Of a stretch of 64,000 nucleotides of DNA, positions 47,916 to 61,950 are shown piece after piece. The DNA is from the human T2T-CHM13v2.0 reference genome, Homo sapiens. The notes under the pieces were generated by a model. The model did not search any database. It was not told where the DNA came from and saw only the letters and a program-made list of their open reading frames with translations. The DNA is taken from assembly GCF_009914755.1 (NCBI RefSeq), contig NC_060929.1. One strand, 5' to 3'. Position numbers and translations under genes: made by a program. Position 1 is the stretch's first letter, and the number at the start of each line of letters is the position of its first letter.

Positions 47916-50900
47916 TATATAACTCTTTTATCTTTTAAAATATCAAATAATACAGTTATATATATATACACACATATGTATATATGTCACCTAAATTGTA
48001 GATATCAGAAATCAGAATGCTGTGATATGAATATTTAGTATATTTTAATCATGATAAATTATACATCCTTCTACCTTATGATAATGGATTTTAAGATCTA
48101 TGCTGTTAAACTCTATATTTATCCTTTAATTCATATCTTGCTTATTTTACATTTATCTGAGAATACATTGGGTCTACTAAATCTTTACTATCATTCACAA
48201 GTCTTACATCTTAAGATAACTTTTCAATAAAATAAAAATTCTTCATTGCACCTAGAAAGGAGCAGGGTTTTGAAAGCGATCAATGATTACTCTGATACCT
48301 AATATAATAATATAATATAGTAAAAATCAAAATACTTGAATGAAAAATGTAAAATTAATAGTTTTGCTTTCATTGTTTTTATTCCAGTGTCTATTTTAGA
48401 ATGTTTTTACTCTAATTGTGTTTTTATGCAAAACCAAATGAGCTTTAGATAATTCCATTGATACATTACATATGAAAGTTCTCGTTAAATAGGATATAGC
48501 ATATTTTACTTAAAAATCCAAATTATAAAATAAAGAGGGATTTTAAGTTGAGTCTAAAATTTTTGTTTCAATTTTGTTTTTATTTAAAGACTTGCTATAA
48601 TTCTGTGAGAGAGCTATAAAAGTCTGCTCAGAAACATTATAATGTAAAATGGACAGAGAAGGACAATGAGATATTTAATTTGCCACGGCAAAGCCATTGC
48701 TGTGAAGAATGGATAATATATGTCAATGGTAATATATGAAGAAATAACACAGGTGAATAGCAGAGGCAATAAATCTGTTTTTACCACAGGACTTGTCTTA
48801 CACTTTTCTCTTAGTAATAAATAAAATAATTTTCGACCAGATGGAGCTGGCTTGAAATCCTCTTGTTTATGGCAGTACATATCGGTTATGATTCAAAAAA
48901 TATAGCCCATTTCCAAAAACCTGCAACAAAGAGATACTTTCTCAGGTGAGTGTTCAGATCATTATTCATTACAAAGTGTCAGTTTTGTCTTTATTGATCC
49001 TCATTATTGTAAGAAAGTATGTGGTCCTGTCTCCATTCTATTAAAACAACATTGTAGAGATTAGCACTGAGTCTTTCCAGCCATGTGCATCTGTTCATTT
49101 CCGTCTCCAGCTTGAGTTTTTCTGTGTATTACAAAATAAGAAAACAAAAATGACACAATAATCTATTTTGTCTGGTTTTGCTCTTTATTAGTAGAAATAG
49201 ACAAGTGAGGAGTTGGAGGAAGAAATTGCTTCTGATCTGTTTTAGATACAGGTGAAACTCTCCCTCCCTCCCCGCCCTACCCAGTCTTTCTCTGTCTCCC
49301 TCCCTGAGCCTATTCTTGCTTCTTCCCTTTACAATTAATTAACTGCTCAGGTCATGTTGAACCAAAAAATAGCGTCTGTAGCCCCTGTGTGCTTACTTTA
49401 AGTATATGTTACTGAAAAATGCGGAGTGAGCACTTAACAACTCATTCTCCTGGGAAGCACAGTGCTACTATACCCCAAATGCTTTTCTTTATCATTTTAA
49501 TTTTTATCTTCTTTACTTACATTTCCAACATCAGTTAAGAGGGTCTTGTAGTTTTCTAACTGAAAGGAGACTGTAAAATCTCCTTGCTCAAAACTCAGAT
49601 GCAGAATATTATTTTTAGTACAATAAATACATCTACAACAATGGTATTATATCTGGTTTATTTCAAAGTCAAGTTCTAATACAGGTAAACAAATATACTA
49701 ATAAAGAGATAATGCTTTTCTCATGAAATGTATAATCTAGTAGGAATAAAGATAAACAATTTTTTTAAAAATTCTATTTCATTAAGCAAAAATGCAACTC
49801 AGAAGAATAATGTATATTAGCAGTCATTTACTATTTTTCAATTAAATTCCGATATATATGTAAAGTAAATTATTACTAATATCAAACATAGTTTAAAGAA
49901 TTAGTGACTATGTGCACTTGGATCTCCATATGTAATGTACTATCAGCATCTTCACAAACACAGTAAATTTTAATAGGCAAGTAAAACTTATTTTACTAAA
50001 CGATGATTACTCCTTCTATATTCATATTCCTAAACACATACAGTTTCTTAATGTAATTAAGTTTTTAACTAAAAAAAGGGAAATGCATTATTGAGGCGAT
50101 AGGATTACTGGGTGGCTATAAACACATCTGCTGCACAGCTGACATTTATCTTCTACAATGAGCAGTGACAATTTTATTTTTTAATAATCAGTATGGACTA
50201 ATCCTGATGATTTTTTTTAACATTTTCAAATAGGGCTGCATATGGCTTAAAATTAATATATACATGTGTACCTATATAATATTCTTATTTATTAATGGAC
50301 TTCCTACATAGCTCATATTGACGTTAGATTTAAATGAAATTCCAGAAGGGTTTTCTATAGGTAAGTCATACATTGGATTTCCATATTACCTATGATTATT
50401 GAAGTATTTATTTCTGTTTTTAAGACTTCAGAGCAATTTTGCTGGTCATTTGTTTTCTGTGTTTTTATTTTGAAATTGTTCTTTGAGGCATTGTCCTATT
50501 ACATTTTTAAGGTATGTTAATAAAATAATATTTTTAATGAAATTTTGCCTACTGCTTTCCAGGTGAACTCTTGTTTAAAGTATTAATTCACCAAAAATTA
50601 CTTATATTCAGAAAATGAACTAAAAAAAATAATATGACGTATTCAAGAAAGTCGAACAAAAGTTACGTGATGTTTGCAACATACACAACTCCATACCCTT
50701 CTCAAATAGTAAAGAGAATAGTAAATAGAATAGGTAGTAAGCAGAGTAGGAATTGTGGAATATGGAACTCTCAGTCACTCAACTGACTTTATTTTCTAGT
50801 AATACGGGATTTGAATTATTCAAGCTGAAGCCATTAAATATTCATAGTGCTTCGTATTATAAAGTTATTGATTAATGTCTTTGGTAAAGAACACTATTAT

Positions 50901-52039
50901 TTCTGATTACATCAAGGTCATCCCGAGGAACAGGACCAAAGCATAAAGTTTTATATATGAAATATGAGAAGTTAATACATAATTCATATTTAACAGATAA
51001 CATAAATGTTAACCCCTTGGAGAATCTGAAGCTAATACCCATGTTCTTCTGGCAATTCTTTATACTGGCAATTTGGAAAATGCCAGTGTTTTATCGCTAC
51101 CTATTCTTGTATTATGACATGAATTAATACATATCTGCCTCACTATTCCTGTGGGCAAAAAAAGACTGTGAATTATGTGCCAGAGAGAGATTTTACAAAA
51201 TTAAATGAGGCAAAGTACTTTTCCTCTGTATACTCATTAGAAATATGCTGAGTAGTTCCTTTCAGTTCCTTTCACTTTCCGATAAAATATAATCAGTTCA
51301 GCCATATAACAGATATCTTTTAAACTTTTAATGTCCTCTGTTAGAATGAATATGATATTTGGGACCAATTCACATTTTGGAATAATGTACATACTAAGCA
51401 TAAGTGAAGAATTTAAACATTAACTTGATTTAGGACTGGACTCTTAAGAGGTTTTAAAAAGTTGAAAAACGGAATTCCAACAAATTTAAATGGCTTGTTT
51501 AGGGTTTCCACAGGCAATACGGGTGGGTGCAATGGAAAGAGAATTCCTTTAATCTAAACGTGGGCTTTATTCTGGCTCTGCCACATATTGACTGTTTCAT
51601 ACAAATGTAACTTAAACTGCAGGTGTCATGATTTTTCACACATATACAAATAAAACAATGTTGATTATATAGGATTTGTTGAGAAAATGCAATTATGCCA
51701 AGTACAAGTATTTGGCATATTATCTCACTTTATAAATATTAGCAATTCTTTTTGTGGAGGGAATAAATCTAACATGCTGGCTTTTAGAATTTCTTCTTAT
51801 TTTTCTTTCAACTTTATTGCCATGTAACATCTTTAAGTCAATAAATCTGACAATTAGACTGTGGGTAATTTTCTTCCAAATCCATATCTTGTTTTCTCTA
51901 TCCATAGTAGCATTTTAAAACAACAGAAGGGAACTTTAATTACAGTAGGTTGGGAGCCATTTTCTCCCTTTGGTCATATTTTCATTGAAATTCCTACATT
52001 GTTTAATATTAGGACTTAGTTTGAATATCACATCAACAA

Positions 52040-53060
52040 GGTTGCTCAATAGAAATATTATGGAATCATTTTTCTGTCATGCCACAGAACTTATTAACTG
52101 TATGTTCAAAATGCAGCTCAATTCTGATCATTTTTGCTACTTTCACCACTAGCATCCTGGTGCTAACCACCATCATTTATTGCCCAGGTTATTGAAATGG
52201 CCAGCAAACAGGTGTTTCTGATTCTGCGTAAGGCACCCTTCAGTACATCCTCAAAAGAGCAATTTGTATAATCACTTTAAAACATGTATCAGGTTATTAC
52301 CTTTTTCTGTGTAAAACTCTGATCTCTCGTTTCATTCATTGTAAAAGTCAGAGTCTTGCACAATGCTTTATAGATGCTCCACCACATGAAGCCCCCAATT
52401 CTTCTATGGACTTCCCTCCTTCCACTATGTAATTTTCTCACTCAGCTTCACGTACAGTATTTTCTTGGTTATTACTAAACATGCAACAGATACGGTTTGT
52501 TCTATATCTTCCTCATGCTTTTGGTCAGATGCCATTATCCCAGTGAAGTTTTCCATAGCCACTTTATTCAAATTCCAAACAATCTGTCCCCTTAGACATT
52601 CTCCATTCTTAATTTTTTGCCATTGTACTTACTACAGTCTAACACACTATACATGTTACATTTTTGCTTATTGTTTATTGTATAGTCCCTAGAATATTAG
52701 TTCCCTGAGGACAGAGATTTCTGTAAGCTTTTCCAAAGATGTATCCCCAAAGCCCGGAATGCTACCTGGCAACAAATACTTGTTATAATGAATTAGAAGT
52801 GGGTAGATTCACACATCAGAGACAGCGTAGTGTATATAATGATTTTTTAAAGCATTAGAGTCATAGATATTAGGATTTGTATTATGTCTTCACCATTTAC
52901 AATTATGCTACCCTCAACAAGTTGTTTAATCTTTCCATTCCTCAGTTTCCTCATGACTCATATATTGGAAATATTGTCTACCTTAGAGCTCTTCCAAGAG
53001 TAATATTGAGACAATGTTTCAACAATGTTTAGCACATTGCTGAATATTAATACATTATTT
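52040..53060. mobile_element. L2 fragment followed by MIR
   Basis: L2 3'-end motif (TAGTTCCCTGAGGACAGAGATT) and MIR core (CAAGTTGTTTAATCTTTCCATTCCTCAGTTTCCTCAT). Confidence 0.6.
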
Positions 53061-53456
53061 CTATTAATGTAAGAAATTTCATAGACTTGCTAGAAATAAC
53101 GAGGATGGAATATAGATGAAGATCATAAAACATGATGGAAATAAATGTTGGAAAATGTGGGTGGTATCCTTAGCACACTCTCTAACGTAAGGAGTAAAAT
53201 CTGTGTCATATGACTTTATCTTTCTTCTGGAAACTAACAGAATTTAGTAACACACTTCTTGACCTGAGGATTTGCCCTTACCACAAAATTGTTTTTGAAA
53301 CTTGAGTGTTTACAATGGCTTTTTACCAGTTCTTTTATGTTCTACCAGTTCCTCTCCAATTTACTATGGACTGAAGTCACACTAATTTGTTAAGAGCAAA
53401 CAAAACAAAACAAAACAGTTATTACCTCATTCTAGCCTCAAAGCATCTGCCTTTTC

Positions 53457-53510
53457 AATGCAATCAAAATTAAATGCAATGAAAATTAAATGCAATCAAA
53501 ATTAAATGCA
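53457..53510. repeat. 16-bp minisatellite (AATGCAATCAAAATTA) x ~3.4
   Basis: Direct reading. Confidence 0.9.
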
Positions 53511-53549
53511 CAATTCTAATTTTGATGACTTTAGTCCCTGCTTATCTGT

Positions 53550-53905
53550 TATATTAGGCTGTTCTTGTATTGCTATGAAGAAATATCTGAGACTGGATAT
53601 TATAAAAATGTTTAATTGACTCACAGTCCTGCAGGCTGTACAGGAAGCACAGTGGCATCTTCTTCTGGAGAGGCCTCAGGGAGCTTTTACTCATGACAGA
53701 AGGCAAAGCAGGAGCAGGCACTTCACATGGTGAAAGCAGGAACAAGAGAGAGAGAGTATGTTGGGGTAGGTGCACTACCATGGAGACAGCACCAAGTCAC
53801 GAAGGATTCGACCTCATGATCCAAACACTTCCCACCAAGCTCCACCTTCAGCACTGGGGATCTGGTTTCAACATGAGATTTGGGCGGGACATCCAAACTA
53901 TATCA
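53550..53905 (-). mobile_element. MSTA/B MaLR solo LTR
   Basis: TATTAGGCTGTTCTTGTATTGCTAT...GGCTGTACAGGAAGCA...CATCCAAACTATATCA. Confidence 0.85.
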
Positions 53906-54589
53906 GCTGTCTCCCTCATCCAAGACCATGTGATCCGTAGCTCACTTTTGTCTAGCAACAGATTAAATACAGCATTTTCTGTGTGATATCTTTGTTGAGG
54001 TCTTTGCAGATGGCTGTTTCTTTGTCCTGAAACTTTCTTCATCTGCTCTTTCAAAATGAGTGACTCTTCATCCTCGAAGTCTATGCTTATATATTGCTTT
54101 TCAGAGGAATCTTTTCTGAACTGGGCATTCTGCCTTCAACCAACTATTTTCTATTATAGTTTCCTGTTTGTGAGTTAATAGTCCTTTTGAAAATTTGACT
54201 ACTCATTTACCTTCTTGGGTTATTTGAAATTATCTCCTCTTCACTAGATTCTATAGAAGCATAGCCATGCCTGCCCTCTTTACTGTTTCTCTACTGACTT
54301 GTTGCAATGAATATTGTCAGTAAACATGGAAATAAATCAGTTATTCAGATATCCTACCTTGGTGCTTGCTTAGATAACTCCACACTGTGATGCCTAATGA
54401 CCTACACAGGGCTTTCTAGCAAGGAGTGACTTTCTTTCTGCTACGTGTAATAATGATCCATCAACTTAAACATATAGTTATATTTCCAGCAGACGGTTTC
54501 TTGAAACTAATGTCCAGGGTGTAGTTATTCAAAAAAGCAAACTCTTCTCTTGATTTCTGCCATACATTGGTACTGTTTCTCTCTCCCTT

Positions 54590-54890
54590 TTTTATTTTAT
54601 TATTTTTTTTTTGAGACAGAGTCTCACTCTTTCACCCAGGCTGTGGTGCCATCCCAGCACACCCTGCAACCCATTGCCTCCCAGATTCAAGCGATTCTCC
54701 TGCCTCAGCCTCCCTAGTAGCTGGAATTACAGGCATGTGCCACCATGCCTGACTGATTTTTTGTATTTTCAGTGGAGACGGGATTTCACCATGTTGTTCA
54801 GGCTGGTCTCAAACTCCTGACCCCTAGTGATCCATCTGCCTCAGCCTCCTAAAGTGCTGGGATTACAGGCGTGAGCCACCCCGCTCGGCC
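54590..54890 (-). mobile_element. AluS-like SINE
   Basis: Antisense Alu dimer. Confidence 0.9.
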
Positions 54891-54977
54891 TACTCTTTTA
54901 TTTCTGTTTTGTCTTTCCTTTCTCAAGAAAGAAAACAAACCAAAACCAAAACAGTTTGGAAGACTTTATAGTATTCA

Positions 54978-55340
54978 TCCATACAAAAGAACAAGATCAT
55001 GTCCTTTGCAGGAACATGGGTGGAGCTGGAGACCATTATCCTCAGCTCCACCCATCCTCAGCTCCCACTAACGCAGGAACAGAAAAACAAATGCAGCATG
55101 TTCTTATTTATAAATGTGAGCCAAGTGATAAGAACACATGGACTCATAGAGGAGAACACCACACACTCGGACCTACCTGAGAGTAGCGGGTGGGAAAAGG
55201 GAGAGGTTCAGGAAAAGTAACTAATGGGTACTAAGCTTAATACCCGGGTGACAACATAACCTGTACAACAAATCCCCATGACACGAGTTTACCTGTATAA
55301 CAAACCTGCACGTGTACTCCTGAACTTAAACTAAAAGTTA
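54978..55340 (+). mobile_element. Old L1PA 3' end
   Basis: GATCATGTCCTTTGCAGGAACATGG...AACAAACCTGCACGTGTACTCCTGAACTTAAA. Confidence 0.85.
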
Positions 55341-55347
55341 ACAAAAG

Positions 55348-55625
<278 letters not shown>

Positions 55626-56081
55626 AGTTAACAAAACGTTCTTCTCTAGTTCTAAAGCACCAACACAGAGGTGATCAAAATACTCTAAGAAGCACTGGGA
55701 AACATTGAGGGGATGGTTCAAACATCAGAGCTAAGGCCTAATTTCCCAACAGTCATTATTTCTGTGGTATTTTGCATATTAGAGACGTATAGGTTCCTCA
55801 CCTAATCCTTGTTTTTTCATTTTATTTTTAATACATATGAAAGTCATAATAACAAAAAAAATTCATACATCAGCAGCTCAGCTAGAAATAAAAGTCTCAA
55901 TCTACTGGAAGCCCCTGTGAACTTGTATCAAATTCCTTTCTCTCTTCATAGAGGAAATAATGACTCCCAAAATGTGGTAATGAACAAATATCTCTAATTG
56001 TTTAAAATTTAGTATATGTGCAAGTCTCCACAGACACAATCATGATCATATATTTTTAGAAGTTAAAAACGTGTCTATCAT

Positions 56082-56371
56082 CAGGGCGTGGTGGTTCATG
56101 CCTGTAATCCCAGCACTTTGGGAGGCCTAAGTGGGTGGATCACCTGAGGTCAGGCGTTCAAGACCAGCCTGGCCGACATGGTGAAACCCTGTCTCTACTA
56201 AAAATACAAAAGTTAGCCAGGCGTGGTGGAGGGTGCCTGTAATCCGAGCTACTCAGGAGGCTGAGGCAGGAGAATTGCTTGAACCCGGGAGGCGGAGGTT
56301 GCGGTGAGCCAAGACCACGCCACTGCACTCCAGCCTGGACAACAGAGCAAAAACTCCGACTCAAAAAAAAA
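56082..56371 (+). mobile_element. AluS-like SINE
   Basis: Alu dimer with GTGTCTATC on both sides. Confidence 0.9.
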
Positions 56372-58759
56372 GTGTCTATCTACCTTCTGCTTTATTTTGT
56401 TTTATATGACATTGATGATGTCCATCTATGTTGGCCCATATAATTCTTATCAATTATTTTAAATGCTGTTTAGCATTGTACTATATAAAAATATCAAAAC
56501 ACAGCTCCCTTTTGTTCATTATATTGCCATTTAGTTTTTTTCTCATTTTTTGCTATTTCAACAAAAAGCTGCTATGAATGTGTATGTGTGTATATATATA
56601 TTAAATGTGTATATATATGAATGTATATATATATACACATATATATGTCAGAGTTTCTCTAGGATATAAACCCAGGAACAAAATTTAAAAATCATAGGGT
56701 GTATTGGATCTTACATCACTGCAGACCCTCTCAGCATTACCTCTTGTTCCAGTCAGAGCCTTGGTTACTATTTTTATGTAGACTTTGGTCAGTTTCATAA
56801 AGATGGAAGTGATAGTATGTGGCTTCAGACCAGAGCAAGAATTCACTTTCTGCTGTGGGATTTCTCAGACAATGTTGTGTGGATTGTTGTAGGCATTTTG
56901 CTTGTTACTCATAAATGCACTGTCTAGACACATCGAGAAGTTAGCATCCATGAGGCTATGCTTGAAAAATGGAACTCCTAGAGCTGATGGATACATATTT
57001 CCCCCGTTGTTTCACTTCAGTGAATGGTCATATAGTATTCCATCACCTAACTTAATAATGTGTTCTAGATTTTACTCTCTCTCCCTATAGCACCCATCCT
57101 GTTTCTTATTCTTACTCCACAATACACTCCCAACTTAAACACACAGTCTCTTCTTTAGGTGTTGGGGGTTGGGAGTTATTACAAGATGACATGGTGTATG
57201 CATTTATTTCTTTGTCTACGTTGATTGCACTGATTTACAGTCTCACCAGCAGTTCATAAAATCCTTCCTTGCAGCTAAGATATGGGCACAAGACTAAAAT
57301 TTATATCTTTAGCTGATATCTCATTCCTGAACACTCATCTCATTTGCGACTGCCTTGAATATCAAATAGGCATCTCAACCTTAGTAAGTAAAAGAGAATT
57401 CTTTATCTGCATCCTGCCAATCCTGCTTCTTTCCCAGTAATTTTTCACTCAGTAATTTGAGCCATTATTAATCTATTTTCTAAAGCTTCAAAACATGGAG
57501 TCATTACCAGCTGTTTTATATACACCATTCCAAGCCATTAGAAAGTCAATTCCATTTCACCTGGAAGTTTATTGCAAATTTGACAATTGTCTCTTACATG
57601 AACTACTAAAATAGCTTCTCAGCAGCATCTGTGTGCTGCCATTATCCATCCTTCCTCCAGTCTCTTCCCCACCAGGCAATGGAAGTCATCTCTGGCAATA
57701 TAATGCATTTCACATTAGTTTCATTTTTCCAGCTGAAAATCTCAAAAGTATTTCATTTACATGCCTAATAAAAGCTAAAGATATAATCTTGCTCAGAACT
57801 ATAAGCTGGCTTCTCCACCTACCATTATCCTTTGCCTTGATTACTCTGCTCTATATCATCATCTTGCATACCCTAACACATGACTTTTATACTCATTGCT
57901 CCATCTGTTATAAACATACTGATAAATAATGTTTCCTCTTTAGCAGTGATTTCCTGATCTAATCAATATTTTGGTATCATATAAACTCATTGGATTATTA
58001 GTGATTATCACTAACCTGCTATCATACAATACACATTTAATTTCTTTTCTCCTTGTTTATTGTCTAAACTGCTAGGTAGAAGGGCACTTTATCTATTCTT
58101 ATCACAAACGTAGGACAACGGCTAGCACAAGGTTAGGAACTTACACGCTATTCGATTAATTGTTGTTTGATAATTGATTAAAAACTCCAGAACTTTGGGT
58201 TCCATTCTTATGATGACAATAATATAATGCTAGGGATGCCAAGTGAATAGCAAGTTTAACCAAGTTATCCTGTATGGGGAGCCACAGTTACTTAAAATGT
58301 CTGACAATCCACAGTCCTGGTGATGATGTGGAATATCACTCTCTTAATCAATGCAAACAATTTATTTAATAGTCATAGTGCTAAAGATGGCATGCCCTCC
58401 AAATGAGCAATTGCACTCTTGGTTATGCATTTATATGAATATGTATATAGGAATAGTCATGATAAAACTACTAATTATTATAAAATTTTTGGAAAAAGCG
58501 TAACTATTAAAAATGAAATTGGTAACTTAAGACTACTCAATACATCAGTAAAAATGAATGAACTAAGCAAAAACATGGATGAATTTCAAAAACGAAATTT
58601 ATTTTCATTATTTATTAAGAAAGAAAATTTGCACTGTTTTCAAGTCTAATACCAAACAGAACTAAATGGTATTTCTGGATAAACAAATTAGAAAATAAAA
58701 TTATGAAAAATGCAAGAAAAAAATTACCACAAAAGTTGGGATAGAAGTTACATTAAGAG

Positions 58760-58936
58760 ATGGCATGGTCTTATACAAAGAAAACCCTAAAGACTCTGAA
58801 AGACTCCTAGACTTGGCAAATGACTGCAATAAAGTTTCAGAATACAAAGTCAATGTCCAATAGTCAGTAGTATTTCTATATAGCAATAATATTCAAGCTG
58901 AGAACAAAATCAAGAACTCAATCTCATTTACAATAG

Positions 58937-58967
<31 letters not shown>

Positions 58968-59980
58968 ACTGAGAAATACGTTTAACCAAGGAGGTAAAAT
59001 ATTTCTACAATAAGAACTACAAAAGATGGGTGGAAGAAACCTGAAATAAAACAAACTAATGGAAAAATATCCCATGTTCATGGATTAAAAAAAATTAAAA
59101 ATGACCATGGTGTCCAAAGCAATCTAAAGATTCAGTGCAATTTCTATCAAACTACCAATGTCATTTTTCACAGAATTAGAAAACAACAATCCCAAAGTGT
59201 ATATGAAATCCTGAATTGAAAAAATGACCCAGATAGCCAAAGCAATTCTAAGCAAAAAGAACAAAGCTGGAGTCAGCACTTCACCCCATTTCAAACTATA
59301 CTACAAACCTATAGTAACAAGAACAGCATGGTACCAATACAAAAACAGATACATAGTTTAATAAAATTAAATAGAGAACCAAGAAATAAAGCCACATACC
59401 TACAACCAACTAATCTTCAACAAAGCGTGCACAAATAAACAATGTGGAAAGGATACCTTTTTCAATAAATTATACTAGAAAAATTGGATATCCGTATACA
59501 CAAGAATAAAACTGGATTCCTATATCTCACCATATATAAAAATTAACTCAAGATTGATTAAATACTCAAATGTAAAAACCTATAAAATTCCTAGAAGAAA
59601 ACCTAGGAAAACTTTACTGAATATCAGCCTTGACAAAGAATTTATGACTAAGTCATCAGAAGCAAATGAAACAAAAATAATAATAGGCAAATGGGACCTA
59701 AGTAAACTAAAAATCTTCTGCACAGCAAAGGAAATAATCAACAGAGTAAACAGGCAACCTACAGAACAGGAGAAAATATTCACAAATTATGTATCTAACG
59801 AAGTACTAATATCCAGAATCTACATGGAACCCAATAAATAAATAAATAAACACATTATGTCATTACAAAGTAGGCAAATGACATAAACAGACATTTATCA
59901 AAAGAAGACATGCAGGTTGCCAACAAACATTAAAAAATACTCAAGATCACTGATGATCATAGAAATGTAAATCAATATTG
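58760..59980 (+). mobile_element. Old L1 ORF2 fragment with internal (AC)n at 58937-58962
   Basis: Degenerate ORF2 peptides ([26 protein letters not shown]). Confidence 0.88.
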
Positions 59981-59984
59981 AAGT

Positions 59985-60363
59985 GTGTATTAGTCTGTTC
60001 TCATGCTGCTATGAAGAAATACCCGAGACTGGGTAATTTATAAGGAAAAGAACTTTAATGGACTAACAGTTCCATACGGCTGGGGAACATTCAGGAAACT
60101 TACAATCATGGTGGAAGGGGAAGCAATCAAGTCCTTCTTCACATGGCAGCAGGAAGGAGAAGAATGAGAGCCGAGCAAATGTGGAATCCCCTTATAAAAC
60201 CATCAGATCTTGTGAGACTCACTCACTATCACAAGAACAGCATGGAGGGTAACCGCCCTCATGATTCAATTACCTCCCACCAGGTGCCTCCCATGACACA
60301 TGGGGATTATGAGAACTAAAATTCAAAATGAGATCTGGGTGGGGACACAGCCAAACCACATCA
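59985..60363 (-). mobile_element. THE1/MST solo LTR
   Basis: TGTATTAGTCTGTTCTCATGCTGCTA...GGGGACACAGCCAAACCACATCA. Confidence 0.9.
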
Positions 60364-60774
60364 AAAAGTGATTCATTTGACATGGTCTTCCCTATCTTCT
60401 CTCATTTAGGGTAACATTATTTCCTTGAATCAAAAGGGTATCCCTGTAGACTTTGAGTTCATCTTGACATCTTTGAACCATGGATTATCAATTTGCAAAT
60501 GTTATTCGTTGAATTATTGAGCTATATTCCTTGAAATGCTTTTAAGAATGATATTTTCATTAAAATAAATGAGGGACTCATCCTAATATTTAGGAAGATT
60601 TCTCAACATCATCACATACAATTATGAATTATTATGGACACAACAGTGGTAGTTTGGATTTTTATTGTGGTTAAACTTTTAGAAAGTACAAAGTATTCAT
60701 AAATCTACATTTTAATATTTTATAATTCAAATGAATTTTAAGTAACTATTTTGATATTCTATAAATAAAAATGT

Positions 60775-61950
60775 CACCTATACTATATAAGGATTCACTC
60801 ACTTCTCTCTGCATTCTCATCAATACCTGATGTGTTGTGACTTTTAAAAAATAGCCATTCTGACTAGTATAAGGTGACATTTCACTGTGTTTTTAATTTT
60901 TATTTCTCTGATGATGAGACTGAGCATTATTTCATATGTTTGCTGTCCACTAGTATGTCTTCTTTTGAGAAATGCCTGTTTATGTACTTTGTCCATTTTT
61001 TAATGGGGTTATCTATGTTGTTGTTGAGTTGTTTGAATTTCTTGTCGATTCTGGATATTAGTACTTAGTTGGATGCATAGTTTGCAAATATTTTCTCACA
61101 TTCTTCAGGTTATCTGTTTTCTCAGTTATTTCTTTTGCTGTGCAGAAACTTTCTTGTTTAATTAAGTCCCATTTGTCTACTTTTGTTTTTGCTAAATTTG
61201 CTTTTGAGGTCTTAGTCACAAATTTTTTGCCAAGGCCAATGTCTAGAAGAGTTTTTCCAGGTATTCTATGAGTACTTTTATATCTTCAGGTATTATATTT
61301 AATTCTTTAATTCATCCTGAGTTAATTTTGTGGATGGCAACAGATAGGGGCCCAGTTTTATTCCTCTGCATGTGGCTTTCCAATTTTCCCTGCACTATTT
61401 ATTGAAGGGGATATCCTTTTCCCAGTGTATGTTTTTTTCAATGTTGTCAAACATCCATTGACTGTAGGTAGGTCCCTTTATAAATATCCACTAATAAAGT
61501 GACAAAGTGCCTTTGTCACTTTATTCCTGGAATTTCTGTTTTGCTCTATTGAGTATTGTGTCCATTTTTATATCAGTATCATATTGTTTTTGTTACTATA
61601 GCCTTATAGTATAATTAGAAGGAATGTAAATTTGTCCCACCTCTATTAAAACAGTATGAAAATTTTTTCAAGTATTAAAGAGCCACAATTCACTCTATCA
61701 ATCCTATACTGGGTGTATACCCAAAAGAAAAAATATCATTATACCAAAAAAGATATTTGCACTCATTTATTTATAGCAGCAATATTCATAATACCAAAGA
61801 TATTGAATCAACATGTGTCCATCAACAAATAACTGGATAAAGAAAATGATGTGATATACATATATACATATATACACACACATACACGCACAATGAATAC
61901 TACACAGCTATAAAAAATAAAATCATTTCACTTGCAGCAATATGGAAGGA
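60775..61950 (+). mobile_element. Old L1 with 5' inversion (antisense 60775-61620, sense 61621-61950)
   Basis: Orientation of L1 ORF2 sequence flips at ~61620. Confidence 0.7.
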
